This document shows positions 1-11,053 of a DNA stretch of 64,000 nt, one piece after another. A program made the translations under genes and the position numbers. Origin of the DNA: an uncultured beta proteobacterium (GTDB lineage Bacteria; Pseudomonadota; Gammaproteobacteria; Burkholderiales; Gallionellaceae). The notes beneath the pieces were generated by a model, which was given only the letters and a program-made list of their open reading frames with translations, did no database searches and was not told the origin of the DNA. The DNA lies in contig CAWEYD010000015.1 in the NCBI GenBank assembly GCA_963813255.1, positions 13,486-77,485 on the forward strand. The letters are read 5' to 3'. Position 1 is the first letter of the stretch. Every line of letters begins with the position of its first letter.

Positions 1-236
1 TGGCTGAGCCAGCGCCCATCCTGCATTGCGTAATGGAAGCCGCCGGACTTGGCAGCCAGCCAGATTTCGCGGTTGGGCACATGGCGGTTGACGATGAGTT
101 TGCCGCCATCGGCGAATTCCATCTCCAGTACCGAGCCGTTGCTGTCGTAATCGATGTCAGCCGCACAATTGTCCAGCACCTGTTCTATGCGTTGGAACAC
201 AGCATCTGCCTGTTCGCCGAATTCTCTCTCTGTCAT
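1..236 (-). CDS. cyaY: Iron donor protein CyaY (frataxin family), truncated by window edge
   Basis: Not in the ORF track. Manual minus-strand translation from ATG 236 gives MTEREFGEQADAVFQRIEQVLD...VLEMEFADGGKLIVNRHVPNREIWLAAKSGGFHY..., containing the canonical CyaY IWLAAKSGG motif. Lies near lysA as usual. Confidence 0.93.
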   Translation of the reverse strand, partial: MTEREFGEQADAVFQRIEQVLDNCAADIDYDSNGSVLEMEFADGGKLIVNRHVPNREIWLAAKSGGFHYAMQDGRWLS

Positions 237-248
237 TTCCTGTCCCTG

Positions 249-1565
249 TTAACGTCGCCCGATCAGCATGCCGCTGTCGCTCTGGCTCACTTGAAAATTA
301 CGCAGCACGTTCGCGCCGAGCAGGCTGGTCTCCATGTTCGGCATCACTGCGACGGTGATGTTCTCCAATACGAAATTGCCCAGCGTCATGCGCGGCACGA
401 GTGCGAGACAGCCCGTGGCCTGGCCGTTCGCGGTCTGGAACTGAACCTCCTTGCAGTTGTGGATGCCCGCCTGCCGCGCGATATTGCTGGAGATTGAAGT
501 GACCGTGGCGCCGGTGTCTACCATGAAGGTGACCGGAACATTGGCTACCGTGCCGGGCACGTAGAAATGCCCGTTGGCTTGGCGCGGCACCTCCATGCTG
601 CCGTCGCCGGAATAGATCGGCTGCGGCAACGCCACCTCGGGGGTGATGGTCTGGACGAACAGCTGGAAATCTTCCATGCCTGCACCGGAAGATTGCATTG
701 CGATTTGCATCGGTCTGTCCATCTCCACGGTCAGCGATTTGTCGAATCTCACCATATGTCCGTCGCTAAAACCACTGCGCGGGTTGCACCACACGCTGCC
801 GGTGCCGAACATCATGTCGTATTGCCCTGCGGGCAAATGCAGGGTGGTGCTTTGTTTTGCATGAAGCAGCACGGATAGTGACGGGATGACGGTGCCGGGG
901 GCGGTGAGGATCAGCAGCAGCGGATGAGCGTGATTGTTTCTGAGTGTGACCACGGGGTCGTTGGGCCCATCGGTACGCAGGCCCTCGGTGAAGATGGTAA
1001 TGCTGCCGTTGGGGGGGAATCCACCTTCGCATCGCCGGTCAGTACCAGCTGCATCGAGCGCCACGGTTTGGGCAGGCTGCGCTGCGTTGGTGTTGCCAGC
1101 TTCAGGGGCGCGGCTCAGTCGCAGCGCAGCCCAGAAGCCGATGGCTGCGGCCAGCAGCACGATGAGCACGTTACGCAGGCCGTGACTTTCTTTCACCTCG
1201 TAATAGATGACGGGTTCGGGGCGGATGGCCGGTGAGGTCAAAGTGCTGGGCGCGCGGGCGTTGATGGGGGTGCAGGCGATGGTCTGCTCGATGCTCTCGC
1301 GCAGCCTGGCAAAGAGTTCGCTCTGGTCATGCGCGAGCCAGGTTCCTTCGTGCTGGATGAACTCGAGGCCGCCGGAGCGCGTTGCCAGCCACACGTTGTG
1401 CGTTTGTGCATCGAAGTTGATGAGGATGCGCTGCCCATCGGCGAACTCCAGGCGCAACGCATTGCCGCTCAAGGTCTGACGGATGTCTACGCCGCGTTCG
1501 TTCACCATCTGCTGGATGCGGGCGAACAGCGTGCTGCCCGGTTCGTTGCCCAAGCCTTCAGTCAT
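249..1565 (-). CDS. CyaY-like domain + TM helix + periplasmic domain + retropepsin-like aspartic protease fusion
   Basis: N-terminus has LEFADGQRILIN...VWLATRSGGLEF (CyaY-like). A TM segment follows (VLIVLLAAAIGFWAAL). C-terminus has GHFYV..FMVDTGATVTSI..LLGANVL (clan AA protease). Start taken at ATG 1565. Confidence 0.85.
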   Translation of the reverse strand: MTEGLGNEPGSTLFARIQQMVNERGVDIRQTLSGNALRLEFADGQRILINFDAQTHNVWLATRSGGLEFIQHEGTWLAHDQSELFARLRESIEQTIACTPINARAPSTLTSPAIRPEPVIYYEVKESHGLRNVLIVLLAAAIGFWAALRLSRAPEAGNTNAAQPAQTVALDAAGTDRRCEGGFPPNGSITIFTEGLRTDGPNDPVVTLRNNHAHPLLLILTAPGTVIPSLSVLLHAKQSTTLHLPAGQYDMMFGTGSVWCNPRSGFSDGHMVRFDKSLTVEMDRPMQIAMQSSGAGMEDFQLFVQTITPEVALPQPIYSGDGSMEVPRQANGHFYVPGTVANVPVTFMVDTGATVTSISSNIARQAGIHNCKEVQFQTANGQATGCLALVPRMTLGNFVLENITVAVMPNMETSLLGANVLRNFQVSQSDSGMLIGRR

Positions 1566-1621
1566 ATGGTTCTTTCCGTCATATAATCCCGCCCGTTTTG
1601 TTTTCAAGAAAGAATGTGGCT

Positions 1622-1753
1622 ATGCGTATCGTTGGCATTATGTTGCTGTTGCTCGTTGCCTTGCAAGGATGCGGACGCAAAGGGCCGCTGTTCTTGCCAC
1701 ATCCATCCGCCAATCAACAGAGCACCTCCGATCAATCAGGACCAAACAAGTAA
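1622..1753 (+). CDS. lptM: Small outer-membrane lipoprotein LptM/YifL/LppL family
   Basis: 43 aa MRIVGIMLLLLVALQGCGRKGPLFLP...: lipobox plus the CGxKGPLxLP signature, directly upstream of lysA. Below the ORF-track cutoff. Confidence 0.88.
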   Translation: MRIVGIMLLLLVALQGCGRKGPLFLPHPSANQQSTSDQSGPNK

Positions 1754-1755
1754 CC

Positions 1756-3003
1756 ATGAGCCAATACTTCCACTACCAGCAAAATCAACTGTTTGCCGAG
1801 AACGTCGCACTGGGCGACATCGCGCAACGATTCGGTACGCCGAGCTATGTCTATTCGCGCGCCGCGTTGAGTGACGGCTACCGCCAGTTCGCCGAGGCGT
1901 TCAAGAGCCGCGAGCACTTGATCTGCTACGCGGTAAAGGCCAATTCCAATCTCGCCATCCTCAACCTCTTCGCACGACTCGGTGCGGGGTTTGACATCGT
2001 CTCCGGCGGCGAGCTGCAGCGCGTGCTGGCGGCAGGTGGTGCGGCGAACAAGGTGGTGTTCTCCGGTGTAGGCAAGAGCGAGGCCGAGATGCGGCTTGCC
2101 TTGGATGCGGGGATACTCTGCTTCAACGTCGAGTCGGCTCCCGAACTGGATAGGCTGAACGCGGTGGCGGGCAGCATGGGCAAGGTCGCGCCGATCAGCC
2201 TGCGTGTGAATCCCGATGTGGATGCCAAGACTCATCCCTACATCTCTACCGGACTCAAGCAGAACAAGTTCGGCGTGGCCTATACCGAAGCGCTGGCCTT
2301 GTATCGCAAGGCGGCAGCCTTGCCGCACCTGCGCGTGACCGGCATGGATTGCCACATCGGTTCGCAACTCACCGATACTAGCCCGTTCATCGCAGCAGCC
2401 GAGAAAGTGCTGGCGCTGGTAGACCAACTGGCGGCAGCAGGGATCGCGCTGGAACATCTCGATCTGGGCGGCGGCCTCGGCATCTGCTATGACGACGAGA
2501 CCCCGCCTTCCATCGCCGAATACGCGCAAGCCCTGCTGGGTGCGCTCAAAGGGCGCTCCGAGAAGATCATTGTTGAGCCAGGCAGGGTGTTGGTGGGTAA
2601 TGCCGGAGTGCTGCTGACGCGCATCGAATACCTGAAGCATGGCGAGGAGAAGAACTTCGCCATCGTCGATGCAGCGATGAACGACCTCATGCGTCCCGCG
2701 TTGTACGACGCTTACCATGCCATCCTGCCGCTGCAGAAACGGGAGGGGGCTTCTCATCAATATGAGGTGGTCGGGCCGATCTGCGAGACCGGGGATTTCA
2801 TAGGGCATGGTCGCGAACTGGCCGTAGATCAAGGCGATGCGCTGGCTGTGATGTCCGCGGGAGCGTACGGGATGAGCATGAGTTCCAACTACAACACGCG
2901 TCCGCGTGCCGCCGAAGTGATGGTCGATGGTGTGCAGATTCACCTTGTGCGTGAGCGCGAAACGGTGCGTCAGCTGTATGCCGGCGAGAAAATCATCGGA
3001 TGA
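1756..3003 (+). CDS. lysA: Diaminopimelate decarboxylase
   Basis: YAVKANSN PLP-lysine motif, HIGSQ, EPGR, GPICETGD, GAYG..MSSNYN. Start at MSQYFHY. Confidence 0.97.
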   Translation: MSQYFHYQQNQLFAENVALGDIAQRFGTPSYVYSRAALSDGYRQFAEAFKSREHLICYAVKANSNLAILNLFARLGAGFDIVSGGELQRVLAAGGAANKVVFSGVGKSEAEMRLALDAGILCFNVESAPELDRLNAVAGSMGKVAPISLRVNPDVDAKTHPYISTGLKQNKFGVAYTEALALYRKAAALPHLRVTGMDCHIGSQLTDTSPFIAAAEKVLALVDQLAAAGIALEHLDLGGGLGICYDDETPPSIAEYAQALLGALKGRSEKIIVEPGRVLVGNAGVLLTRIEYLKHGEEKNFAIVDAAMNDLMRPALYDAYHAILPLQKREGASHQYEVVGPICETGDFIGHGRELAVDQGDALAVMSAGAYGMSMSSNYNTRPRAAEVMVDGVQIHLVRERETVRQLYAGEKIIG

Positions 3004-3172
3004 CTTTTTCGCGCCAAACTGCACAAATCTATTGCGCTAAAAAAATAATCGCGCATAGAATGCGGCCACCGCGCGTGTTGTGTGATTTCAGCGAGTCGAG
3101 AGACGCATCGGGAGTGCAGTGGTTGCACGAATAAAGTAGTACCTGGTTAGTCCATCAAACTTTAATTAAGGA

Positions 3173-3721
3173 ATGAAAATGGCAACTGCCGATACCAAAG
3201 CAAAGAGCACCACTACCAAGAAGGCTGTCGCGAAGAAGCCCGCCGCTAAGAAAGTAGCCGCCAAGAAACCGGCAGCGAAAAAAGTGGCAGCAGCCAAGAA
3301 GCCCGCTGTGAAGAAAGCTGCCGCCGCGAAGAAGCCAGCCGCCGCCAAGAAAGTAGCCGCCAAGAAACCGGCAGCGAAAAAAGCGGTAGCAGCCAAGAAG
3401 CCGGCTGTGAAGAAAGCAGCGGTAAAGAAAGCCGTAGCAGCGAAGAAGCCAACTGCCGCCAAGAAAGTAGCTGCCAAGAAACCGGCAGCGAAGAAAGTCG
3501 TAGCGAAGAAGGTGGCAGCAGCCAAGAAGCCCGCTGTGAAGAAAGTCGTAGCAGCCAAGAAGCCAGCCGCCGCTAAGAAAGTAGCCGCCAAGAAACCGGC
3601 AGCGAAGAAAGTCGTAGCAGCCAAGAAGCCGGCTGTGAAGAAAGCAGCGGTAAAGAAACCTGCCAAGAAAGCCGTAGCGAAGTCCGCTCCTGCTGCAGGT
3701 AAAGGCATCCTCGGCGCCTAA
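3173..3721 (+). CDS. Histone H1-like Lys/Ala/Pro-rich nucleoid protein (Hc2/AlgP-like)
   Basis: Almost entirely AAKKPA/KKVAAKK repeats; AAGGA RBS upstream. Confidence 0.85.
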   Translation: MKMATADTKAKSTTTKKAVAKKPAAKKVAAKKPAAKKVAAAKKPAVKKAAAAKKPAAAKKVAAKKPAAKKAVAAKKPAVKKAAVKKAVAAKKPTAAKKVAAKKPAAKKVVAKKVAAAKKPAVKKVVAAKKPAAAKKVAAKKPAAKKVVAAKKPAVKKAAVKKPAKKAVAKSAPAAGKGILGA

Positions 3722-3916
3722 GCTTTGTGGATTGGGGCGGGCGCCGGGTCGTTGCGTTTCGCCCTTTCTGCAACCTCCGCAAGCGAGCGGGACGGTTTCT
3801 TGCTTGCTTCAAAGTTTGTTGAGTCCTTCAGCGAACAGCATTTCCTATATCTCCTATAATCTTCCACCTACGGCGATCTCGTCGCGGGCATATCTCTATC
3901 CTTTCAGGGCGGGCTC

Positions 3917-5005
3917 ATGAAAGCAAATCATCAGTTGATCGCGCTGTGTCTGTCGCTGCTGCTGTTGACGGCCTGCGGCAAGAAAGCCGAAGAAAAGAAG
4001 GCGGGTGTCCCTGCCATTCCAGTGACGGTGGCGCAGAGTGAACTGCGCAAGATGGAACTGATGGAAGAGTCGGTCGGAACACTGGAGAGCCGAGCGGATC
4101 CCGTGGTGTCCGCAGAGGTGGCAGGGCAGGTGGTGGAGGTGCGTGCGGTCGCCGGCAGCGAAGTAAAGGCTGGCCAGGTGCTGGCCGTGCTGGATAGGCG
4201 GGATACCGGCCTGACGCGCCAAGCAGCACAAGCGGAGGTGCGGCGCGTGGAAAACCTGAGCGCCAACCAGTTGCGCAATCTTGAGCGGATGAAGAAATTG
4301 CGCGAGCAGAACTTCATTTCCCATGCGGCACTGGACGATGCGATCGCGCAAAATGCCGCCATGCAAGATCAGCTGTCTGCCGCGCGTGCTCAGCTCGGGT
4401 TGGCTACGCGCAACGTCGGCAAGACCAACGTGCTGTCTCCGGTGGATGGGCGTGTAGAGAAACAGATCGCCGTTCTTGGGCAATACCTGAAACTGGGCGA
4501 TCCGATGTTCCAGGTGGTGGCGTTAAAAGCACTGCGCGCACGCCTGCCTTTCCCCGAGACTCTGTCCGGGCAAGTGCAGCGCGGCATGGAGGCACGTATC
4601 AGCGTGGCAGGGGACAACTTGTCGCTGACAGGCAGGATCACCGAGATACGTCCGATGGCCGGCGCGAACAACCGAGCGTTCGACGCCTTCGTCATGTTCG
4701 ACAACCCGGGGGATTGGCGTCCGGGGGCAACGGTGACGGCAGCGGTGGTGCTGGAAGAGCACAAGGATGCAGTGACGGTTCCAGAGCAAAGCGTGATCCT
4801 GCGTCCGGCGGGCAAGGTGGTGTATGTGGTGCAGGACGGCAAGGCGCTACAGCGTGTGGTCCAGGTCGGCATTTCGCAGAACGGGTGGACGGAGATCACC
4901 AATGGGTTGCAGTCTGGCGAGACCGTAGTGGTGGATGGTGCCGGTTTCCTCACCGACCAGGCACCGGTGACGGTGGCCAACGCTCAAGCTGCCGGGAAGC
5001 AGTGA
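3917..5005 (+). CDS. RND efflux periplasmic adaptor (MFP) lipoprotein
   Basis: Lipobox LTAC, lipoyl-like VSAEVAGQV, SPVDG, GLQSGETVVVDG. Confidence 0.93.
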   Translation: MKANHQLIALCLSLLLLTACGKKAEEKKAGVPAIPVTVAQSELRKMELMEESVGTLESRADPVVSAEVAGQVVEVRAVAGSEVKAGQVLAVLDRRDTGLTRQAAQAEVRRVENLSANQLRNLERMKKLREQNFISHAALDDAIAQNAAMQDQLSAARAQLGLATRNVGKTNVLSPVDGRVEKQIAVLGQYLKLGDPMFQVVALKALRARLPFPETLSGQVQRGMEARISVAGDNLSLTGRITEIRPMAGANNRAFDAFVMFDNPGDWRPGATVTAAVVLEEHKDAVTVPEQSVILRPAGKVVYVVQDGKALQRVVQVGISQNGWTEITNGLQSGETVVVDGAGFLTDQAPVTVANAQAAGKQ

Positions 5006-5032
5006 CGTTCTGATCGGTCAAGAGCACACTTC

Positions 5033-8000
5033 ATGAATCTGCCCGAGTTATCCATCAAGCGCCACGTGCTCGCTTTCATGCTGAGCGGCGTGCTGATGCT
5101 GACCGGTGTCATCGCCTATCAGCGCGTCGGCGTCGATCAATTCCCCAAGATCGAATTCCCCGTCATTTCGGTGACTACCACGCTACGTGGCGCGAACCCG
5201 GAAAGCGTGGATATGAGCGTCACCAACATCATCGAGACAGCGGTGAACAGCGTGCCCGGCATCGAACATGTGCAGTCCAGTTCTTCGCCCGGCGTGTCGG
5301 TGGTGGCGATCACCTTCAGTCTGGAAAAGAACGTGGATGTGGCGTTCAACGAGGTTCAGGCCAAGGTCAACCAGACCTTGCGCCGTTTGCCCAAGGATGC
5401 GGATCCGCCGGTGGTGGCCAAGCTGGACACCAGCTCCAGCCCTATCATGTGGCTGGCCCTGCAGGGCGACCGCACGCAGCAACAGCTCAACCAGTACGCG
5501 CTCAACGTCATCAAGAAGAAACTGGAGACGATCGACGGCGTGGGCGAGGTACGACTGGGCGGGCGCCGCGACCGTACCATCCGCGTCAATATCGATCCGG
5601 TGCGCATGGCGGCACTCGGACTGACGGCGCAGGACATTGCGGCTGCATTCAGCCGCGAACATGTGCAACTGCCTGGAGGCTTCCTCGTCGGCAACTATAG
5701 CGAGTACCTGCTCAAGCTCGATATGGAGTTCCATCAGCTGGACGAGTTGCGCCACATGACCGTCGCCTATCGCGATGGCGCAACGATACAGTTGCGCGAC
5801 ATCGCGCGCATCGAAGACGGGCTGTCCGATTACCGCCAGCTGGCGCGCTTCAACGGCAAACCGGCCGTGCTCATCGGTATGGTCAAGGTGTCCAACAGCA
5901 ACACGGTGGCGATCGTCGACGAGGTCAAGCGCCGACTCGATAAGGACCTCATCCCCACGCTGCCGCCCGGCATGACCCTGCGTATCGCCAGCAGCGACGG
6001 TACCTTCATCCAGGAGATGATCGATTCACTCAAGGAACACTTGCTGATGGGTATCCTGCTGGCGGCCATCGTGGTGTGGGTCTTCCTGCGCAGCCTGCGC
6101 TCCACGCTGATCATCGCGCTGGCGATCCCGGTGTCGCTGCTGGGCGCTATCGCAGTCATCTATTTCCTCGGTTATACCTTCAACGCCATGACCATGCTGG
6201 CGCTCTTGCTGCTGATCGGGGTGGTGGTGGACGACGCCATCGTGGTGCTGGAGAACATCTTCCGCCACCGCGAGGAGATCGATCCCGATCCCGTCAATGC
6301 GGCGATCAACGGCAGCAATGAAGTGGTGTTCGCGGTGATGGCGGCTACGCTGTCGCTGGTGTGCATCTTCGCACCGGTCGTCTTCATGAGCGGCATCATC
6401 GGTATGTTCTTCAAGTCGTTCGCCGTGGTAGTGAGCTTCGGCGTGCTGGTGTCGCTGTTCGTTTCGCTCACCCTCACTCCCATGCTGTGCTCGCGCTACC
6501 TCAGCGTGGAGAAGAAGCACGGCCGGTTGTATTACGCACTCGACAGCCTGTTCCACAAGCTCGACGATTTCTATCGCAGCATGCTGGCATGGGCGTTGCA
6601 GCATCGCTGGAAGGTGGTGCTGCTGACCGTGCTGATCGTGCTGTCCAGCGGCTTCTTTTTCGCCCAGGTCGGCAAAGCATTCCTGCCGGACGAGGATCAG
6701 GGCCGTTTCGTGGTGACCAGCAAAGTGCCGCTCGGTTCTTCCATCGAATACACCAATGCGAAACTGGCCGAGGTGGAAAAGATATTGGCGAAGCACCCAG
6801 AGGTGGCGACCAACTTCAGTGCCATCGGTCTCGGTTCGGCTGGGCAAGTGAATCAGGCATTCTCCAACGTGCGCATGACGCCACGGCGTGAGCGCACGCT
6901 GTCGCAGCAGGAGTTGCTGGTGCAATTGCGCCGGGAACTGGCAGGCATTCCCGGTATCCGCGCCTACCCAGCGCCAGTGGCGAACGTCGGCGGGCAGCGC
7001 GGCGAGCCGTTGCAGTTCGTGCTCACCGGCGACAACATCGACGAAGTGGCGCGGCTGGCGAAAGAATTGCAGCGCAAACTGGCGAAGGAAGTGCCGGAGT
7101 TGGGGCGCGTCGACCTCGACCTGCAGCTCGATCTGCCGCAACTGTCGGTGAACATCGATCGGGCCAAGGCTGCAGCGCTGGGGGTGTCGGCACAGGACGT
7201 GGCCAGCGCGATCAGCACGCTGACGGGCGGTGTGGATGTCGCGCAATACAATGACGAACCGGGGGACGGCGAGCGTTACTACATCCGCCTCAAGGCGGGC
7301 AATGGCGTCGTTCACCCAGCCGCTGGACATGCGGCGCATCTACCTGCGCGCACGCGACGGCAGCATGGTGCGCCTGGATAACGTGGCGACCTTCGGGCAG
7401 AAGCTGGGTGCGGCGGTGGTCGGGCGTTACGATCTGCAATACTCGGCCACCTTCTATGCCACGCCGACCATGCCGCTGGGCGACGCCACCGTCAAAGTGA
7501 AAGAAATCACCGAGGGCATGTTGCCGGCGGGTTATCGCGTCAAACTCATCGGCGCGGCGGAAGAGTTCGGCAAAACCGTGGGCTACATGCTGTTCGCCTT
7601 CGTGCTGGCCATCGTGCTGCTGTACATGGTGCTGGCCAGCCAGTTCAACTCCTTCATCCAGCCCTTCATCATCATGGTGGCGCAACCGCTGGCCATCATC
7701 GGCGGCATCGCCGCCCTGTGGCTGGCGGGACATACGCTGAACATCTACTCCATGGTGGGGCTGGTGCTGCTGATCGGCCTGGTGGCGAAGAACTCCATCC
7801 TGCTCATCGACCTCACCAACCAGCGTCGCGCACAAGGCATGCAGATCGATCAGGCGCTGAGCAACGCCTGCCCGATCCGTCTGCGGCCGGTGCTGATGAC
7901 CTCTGCCACCATCATCCTCGCCCTGTTGCCGGCCGCGACTGGGCTTCGGTGCGGGTTCCGAGACCAACGGCCCGCTGGCGGTTGCGGTCATCGGCGGCAT

Positions 8001-8106
8001 GATCTCTTCCACGCTGCTCACGCTGGTGGTCGTGCCATCGGTGTATTCACTGGTGGAAGGCGGCTTGCAGCGCTGGGCGCAACGGCATCCCAAGGCCGCG
8101 GACTGA
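5033..8106 (+). CDS. RND efflux permease (AcrB/MdtB family), frameshifted near 7300 and 7950
   Basis: GVVVDDAIVVLENI, AKNSILL and RLRPVLMTS motifs spread over ORFs 5033-7381 and 7230-8132. A third frame ends ...LVVVPSVYSLVEGGLQRWAQRHPKAAD* at 8106. Confidence 0.92.
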
Positions 8107-8128
8107 TGCGGGGTATGGGTTCGCCCGC

Positions 8129-9593
8129 CTAACGTATCAGGAAGATCGTCGCCAATCCCAGGAAGATGAAGAAGCCGCCGCTGTCGGTGATGGCGGTGAT
8201 CATCACGCTGGAGCCGATGGCGGGGTCGCGTCCCAGCTTGTGCATGACGAGCGGGATGGCCAGGCCGACGATGGCACCCACGGTCAGGTTGAGTACCATC
8301 GCGCTGGTCATCACGATGCCGAGCGGTACGCTGTGGTACAGGAGGTACGCGAACAGGCCGGCGATGCCGCCCCATACCAGGCCGTTCAAGCCGCTGATCG
8401 CCAGTTCCTTGAGCATCAGCCGGCGCGCGTTGCCTTGCGTGATCTGTCCCAGTGCCAGCGAGCGGATGATGATGGTGGTGGTCTGGTTGGCCGAGTTGCC
8501 CGCGATGCCGGCGACGATGGGCATCAGCGTGGCGAGCGCCACGAACTTCTCGATGGTGTCCCTCGAACTCGCCGATCACGCGCGAGGCGAAGAAGGCGGT
8601 GCACAGGTTCAGCGCCAGCCAGGTCCAGCGGTTCTGTGCCGATTTCCACACCGAGGCGAAGATGTCTTCCTCTTCGCGCAGACCGGCCTGGTTCAGCAAG
8701 TCGCTCTCTGATTCGGCACGGATGAAGTCCAGCACCACGTTCACCGTTACGCGTCCTACCAGTTTGCCGTCCTCGTCCACCACCGGTGCGGAGACCAGGT
8801 CATAGCGCTCGAACGCCTGTGCCGCCTGGTCCGCCTTGTCGTCCGGGTTCAGGCGGATGGTCTCGGTCAGCATCAGCTTGCCGACCTCCACCTCCGGCTC
8901 GTTGACCACGATCAGGTTGATCGGCAGCACGCCCTTGAAGCGGTCGTCGCGGTCCACCACGAACACCTGGTCGGTATGGTCGGGCAGCTCGTCGAAGCGG
9001 CGCAGATAGCGCGACACCACCTCCAGCGTCACATCCTCGCGCACATGCACCATGTTGAAATCCATCAGGGCGCCGACCGAGTCCTCCGAGTACGACATGG
9101 CCGCGCGCAGCTGTTCGCGTTCCTCGATGGATAGCGCCTTGAACACGTCGCGCATCACGTATTGCGGCAGGTCGGGCGCCAGGTCGGCGATCTCGTCGGT
9201 GTCGAGTTGTTCGGCTGCCGCGCGCAATTCCTCGCGGTTCATGGTGGCGATCAGCGATTCGCGCACCGCATCGGAGACTTCGATCAGGATCTCGCCATCG
9301 CGATCGGCTTTTACCAGGTCCCATACCAGCAGGCGCTGCTCGATGGGCAGGGCTTCCAGAATGTAGGCGATGTCGGCGGGGTGCAGTTCGTCCAGCTTTT
9401 CGCGCAGTTCCGCCAGGTGCCGCTTGTGCAGCATCTTGTCCAATAGCTCGTGCCGTTCATCGCGGGGCATTTCCTGCTGGCTCACCACCGCTTCCACCAA
9501 TGCCTGCTTTTCCAGCAAGTGTTGCACCTGTTGCAGGTGTTCCTGCACATTCTCGGTGTACTCGGTGTGGTGTTCGTGATCGTGTCTGTTCAT
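8129..9593 (-). CDS. mgtE: Magnesium transporter MgtE, frameshifted near 8560
   Basis: MgtE_N (LHPADIAYILE), two CBS domains, TM part with GIAGNSANQT and DPAIGSSVMITAITDSGGF. Confidence 0.93.
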
Positions 9594-9708
9594 TGCGAGC
9601 AATCCTACGAGTTACGGCACAAAATACGGCAGATATCAGGCTGTCAGAGGTGGAGGATAACTTATAATCCCAGCACCACTTCTGTTTTTACCACGGGGCG
9701 ACTTCGTC

Positions 9709-11047
9709 ATGCCAAACGATCCGAATACTGAACCCCAGACCCGCCAGCAGACGGTGCTAAATCTAATAAAAAAGCATAGGCTCGTCGAGGAATTCGTCCA
9801 CAAGCAGGACATGCCGCGCCATGATCTTGGTGGAGTCACTGGTGCGCAAACAGAATCTGGCGAAGTTGCGGGAGCTGCTGAACCAGCTGGCCCCGGCGGA
9901 AGTGTCGGAAATACTGGAAGGCTTGTCGCCCGACGACCAGCTGTTCGTCTGGGACCAGCTCAACGATGAGCGCAAGGAACTTATCCTGAAGGATGTGCCC
10001 ATCACGCTCATCCAGGCGCTGGGCAAGCGGGAATACAAGAACGAGAGATCTAGCATCAAGGCCTTCGAGCTGCATGAGGGGCGCCTGCGCGAGATCGTGA
10101 TCAGCACCAGGGAGGACCTGATCAAGGTCAAGCCTGTCTGGGTGGACATGGTCAATCCCACGTTCGAGGAGCGGGTCTGGGTAGGCGCCGTCTTCGGCAT
10201 GGAGCTGCCCGATCCGAACAAGCTGAACGATCTGGAGTCGAGCGCGCGGTTCTATATCGAGGACAGCGGAGCTGTCCATCTGCGCTCCGATTTCCTGCTG
10301 GACAAGGAGGATGTGTCGCGTAGCGTTCCGGTGGCATTCATCCTGTACCAGGACACGCTCATCTCACTGCGATCGGTCGATCTGCCGGTCTTTCGTCTGC
10401 AGCGTTTGCGCGCGATGATGCAACCGAACTACGTGCTCGACTCCAAGGATGTCTTGCTGGATCTGTATGCGGCCGACGCAGAGTATTCGGCCGATGCGCT
10501 GGAGGATGTCTACCAGGGGCTGCGCGTGGTGAGCAAACAGGTGCTCAGCAACAACAATATCGGCGAGAAGGCGGACGACACGCTGACGGCCATCGCTCAC
10601 GAGGAAGACCTGAACGGTCTGATACGCAGGAACGTACTGGATACCCGCCGCGCGGTTTCGTTCCTCATGCGCGGAAAGTTCCTGTCCAAACAACAGGCTG
10701 AGGATGCGCAGCAGATCCTGCGCGACATCGATTCCTTGGACGGGCACACCGCCTTCATCTTTGACAAGATCAACTTCCTGATGGATGCCACGGTCGGCTT
10801 CATCAACAACAACCAGAACAAGAACGTGAAGCGCCTGACCGTACTGAGCGTCGTGTTCATGCCGCTCAATGTGCTGGCCGGTATCGGCGGCATGTCGGAA
10901 TTCTCGACGTGGACACAGAGCATCCCGTGGCCCATCTCCTACGCGCTGTTCACCGCGGGGCTGTGCATCGTCGCCTGGCTGACCTACCTGTTGCTGCGTT
11001 TCTTTGAGCGGCGCGAAAAGTCCGGGCTGGGCGAAGCGCAGCTCTAA
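9709..11047 (+). CDS. corA: CorA-family Mg/Co transporter with N-terminal MgtE_N-like extension, frameshifted near 9825
   Basis: ESSARFY, FDKINFLMDATVGFINNNQN, two C-terminal TMs with GIGGMSEF loop. ORFs 9709 and 9821 join. Confidence 0.88.
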
Positions 11048-11053
11048 GCGGCG

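Noticed and set aside
1483-1755. N-terminal extension of LysA
   Set aside because: This region holds lptM in another frame; LysA homology starts at 1756.
7290-9602. 770-aa MgtE overlapping the RND gene
   Set aside because: Frameshift read-through artefact; the true TM domain is in ORF 8129-8542.
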